From: Arcobacteraceae bacterium
GTDB taxonomy: Bacteria; Campylobacterota; Campylobacteria; Campylobacterales; Arcobacteraceae
Direction of reading: 5' to 3'
Length of the DNA: 64,000 bases
Assembly (NCBI GenBank): GCA_963662945.1
Contig: OY759974.1
Span: forward strand, 1,088,001-1,152,000
The notes beneath the pieces are model-generated. The model was not told the origin of the DNA, ran no database searches, and saw nothing but the letters and a program-made list of their open reading frames with translations. The position numbers and the translations under genes are program-made. Of the stretch, positions 61,761 to 64,000 are shown piece by piece (within the stretch, counting starts at the first letter, position 1; the number at the start of each line of letters is the position of its first letter).

Positions 61761-63653
61761 TTTCATATCAATATGCAAATGAATAATATCCACAGCACTC
61801 GGTGTAACCCCACTTATTTGAGAAGCGTTAAAAAGTGTTGGTGGATTGAACTTTTTAAGCTTTTCTATAACTTCTGTTGAAAGTCCAGGGAGTTCATCGT
61901 AGATAAAATCTTCTGGTATCTTTAGATTTAACATCTTTTTCATTTTCTCTATCTGTTTTTGTTGTTTATCCACATATCTATAGTATTTTGCTTCCACTAT
62001 CACTTGCTCCTTTAAATAGTCATCAAGAGAAGCAAAACTAGGAACGAGTCTATCAAATTTTTCTTTTGTGATAGTGTTTCTTCCTACTAAATCTACGAGT
62101 AAAATTTGGTCTGAAATTTTATCTTCCCCTAACTCTTCAAGAAGTGCTAGGTTTTCTTTTTTTGATGTGAACCACTCATTTTCCATAAACTCAATAGCAT
62201 CTTTGATAGTTTGTTTTTTGTGTTCCATAGTTTTAAATGTATCATCATCTATAAGTCCAAAATCATGTCCATACTCCATAAGTCTCATATCAGCACTCTC
62301 TTCTCTTAAAAGAAGTCTGTACTCTGCTCGACTTGTAAACATTCTATATGGTTCATTTGTCCCTTTTGTTACAAGGTCATCTATTAAAACTCCAATATAA
62401 CTCTCATCTCGTCTTAATATAAAAGGCTCTTTACCATCAATTGCTAAACTAGCATTTATACCCGCCATTAACCCTTGCGCTGCTGCTTCTTCATATCCAG
62501 TTGTTGCGTTGATTTGTCCTGCTAAATAAAGATTTTTTATCTTTTTTGTTTCAAGGGTATGTTGCAATTCTGTTGGGTCTATGTAGTCATATTCTATGGC
62601 ATAAGCATATCTTACGATTTTTGCATTTTCAAGCCCTTCTATTGAGTGTATCATCTGCTTTTGTACATCAATAGGTAAACTTGAACTAAGCCCATTGATA
62701 TAATACTCTTCAGCTCTTTTTGTTTGTGGCTCTAAGAAAAGCTGATGTCTTTCACGTTCAGCAAATCTATTTACTTTATCTTCAATACTTGGACAATATC
62801 GTGGACCAGTCCCTTCAATTTGTCCTGTAAAAAGTGGTGCTCTATCAAAATTACTTCTTATAGTATGGTGAGTATCAAGATTTGTATATGTAATATAACA
62901 AGGAAGTTGCGTAGGATGAAACTCTTCTTTGTTTGTTCTAAAACTAAATGGATGTGGATCTTCATCTCCCCCGTGTGCTTCCATAACTGAAAAGTCTATT
63001 GAGTTTACATTTATCCTTGCAGGAGTTCCTGTTTTTAATCTTCCTACATTAAGACCCAATATTTTTAATTGGTCTGAAAGTGTAGTTGATGGTAATTCCC
63101 AAGCACGACCTGCTGGATATTGATTTTCACCAATGTGAATTAATCCTTTCATAAAAGTACCTGTAGTCAAAATAACTTTTTTTGCTTCAAAAGTTTCCCC
63201 AAGTTTTGTCTCTACTCCAAATACTGAAAGTTGATTATCTTGTGCATCTACTTTTAAAGCACTCACTTCATCTTGATATACATCTAAATTTGGAGTATTT
63301 AACGTAACATTTCTCATATATTCTCTATATGCATCCATATCAATCTGAGCACGACTTCCTTGAACTGCTGCACCTTTAGAAGCATTTAAAATTCTAAATT
63401 GAATACCAGTTGCATCAGTACACAATCCCATCTCACCACCAAGGGCATCTAGTTCTCGAACTAAATGTCCTTTAGCAAGTCCTCCAATAGCTGGATTACA
63501 ACTAGCTGCTCCTATTTGTTCCACTAACATAGTTATAAGTAAAGTTTTTTTACCCATTCTTGCAGCTGCAAGACTTGCTTCTATTCCAGCATGTCCCCCA
63601 CCAACTACTATAACATCATATTGTGATGATTGTTCTTGTGTTTGTTTTGTCAT
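61719..63653 (-). CDS. mnmG: tRNA U34 carboxymethylaminomethyl modification enzyme MnmG/GidA; last 13 aa encoded by the transposon end
   Basis: [32 protein letters not shown] and [11 protein letters not shown] motifs. Confidence 0.98.
   Translation of the reverse strand: MTKQTQEQSSQYDVIVVGGGHAGIEASLAAARMGKKTLLITMLVEQIGAASCNPAIGGLAKGHLVRELDALGGEMGLCTDATGIQFRILNASKGAAVQGSRAQIDMDAYREYMRNVTLNTPNLDVYQDEVSALKVDAQDNQLSVFGVETKLGETFEAKKVILTTGTFMKGLIHIGENQYPAGRAWELPSTTLSDQLKILGLNVGRLKTGTPARINVNSIDFSVMEAHGGDEDPHPFSFRTNKEEFHPTQLPCYITYTNLDTHHTIRSNFDRAPLFTGQIEGTGPRYCPSIEDKVNRFAERERHQLFLEPQTKRAEEYYINGLSSSLPIDVQKQMIHSIEGLENAKIVRYAYAIEYDYIDPTELQHTLETKKIKNLYLAGQINATTGYEEAAAQGLMAGINASLAIDGKEPFILRRDESYIGVLIDDLVTKGTNEPYRMFTSRAEYRLLLREESADMRLMEYGHDFGLIDDDTFKTMEHKKQTIKDAIEFMENEWFTSKKENLALLEELGEDKISDQILLVDLVGRNTITKEKFDRLVPSFASLDDYLKEQVIVEAKYYRYVDKQQKQIEKMKKMLNLKIPEDFIYDELPGLSTEVIEKLKKFNPPTLFNASQISGVTPSAVDIIHLHIDMKCKKQKSLIMDNKV
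61761..61765. repeat. 5-bp target-site duplication TTTCA (mnmG side)
   Basis: Immediately after ACA at 61760. Confidence 0.9.
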
Positions 63654-63753
63654 TGCTACCCTTGCTCTTTTTATATTCGCATTATACCAAATCTAAGTAT
63701 AATTTTGTTAAATTACTAAACTATTACTTTAGTAATTAAAGGGTTTTATAAAA

Positions 63754-64000
63754 GTGAATAATATATTTAAAATATCTGGTGACTGGGAATATGATACAAT
63801 TGAACATCACATTAAAGATATGGATAAGTTTTATTTAGATAATAAAACCAATGAGATTGTATTTGATTTTGCTAATTTAAAAAAAATAGACTCTTCTGGG
63901 ATGATTGTCATTATTCGTTATATCAATCTTTTTAAAAAACAAAATATTACACCTACTTTATCAAATATATCAACAAAACACCAAAATATGTTAAAACTTT
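63754..64000 (+). CDS. STAS-domain protein, probably the N-terminus of an MlaE-type ABC permease (partial)
   Basis: Manual translation from GTG: ...ISGDW...IVFDFANLKKIDSSG; open to the window end. Confidence 0.65.
   Translation, partial: MNNIFKISGDWEYDTIEHHIKDMDKFYLDNKTNEIVFDFANLKKIDSSGMIVIIRYINLFKKQNITPTLSNISTKHQNMLKL

Noticed and set aside
460-63123. Many short antisense ORFs (e.g. 460-849, 24841-25167, 50345-50608, 62068-62400)
   Set aside because: Shadows of well-supported genes on the opposite strand, with no motifs or RBS.

Overview
AT-rich chromosomal window whose gene content and order suggest Campylobacterota (probably Arcobacteraceae-like; an inference). Positions 1-43.1 kb are mostly minus-strand housekeeping genes: a TetR-regulated RND efflux operon with a split pump, ispA, panD, murE, ileS, an 8-tRNA operon, ftsH, prmA, ribD, rimP-rbfA-infB, thrB, lpxC, folC, leuS, recJ, ilvE and hisIE. 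The main finding is an 18.6-kb Tn7-like transposon at 43153-61760, with TGT...ACA ends, repeated TnsB-type sites and a perfect 5-bp TTTCA target-site duplication. It is inserted inside the last codons of mnmG (gidA), so the transposon end now encodes the MnmG C-terminus. It carries tnsA-tnsB-tnsC-tniQ, a detached and inverted TnsE-like gene, and a second internal end flanked by a diverged copy of the mnmG attachment site. Its defence-like cargo comprises a GmrSD-like nuclease, a coupled four-gene methyltransferase/PRTase/ATPase/unknown operon, ExoIII and several orphans. No CRISPR array or cas gene was seen. All protein calls come from motif recognition, not database searches.
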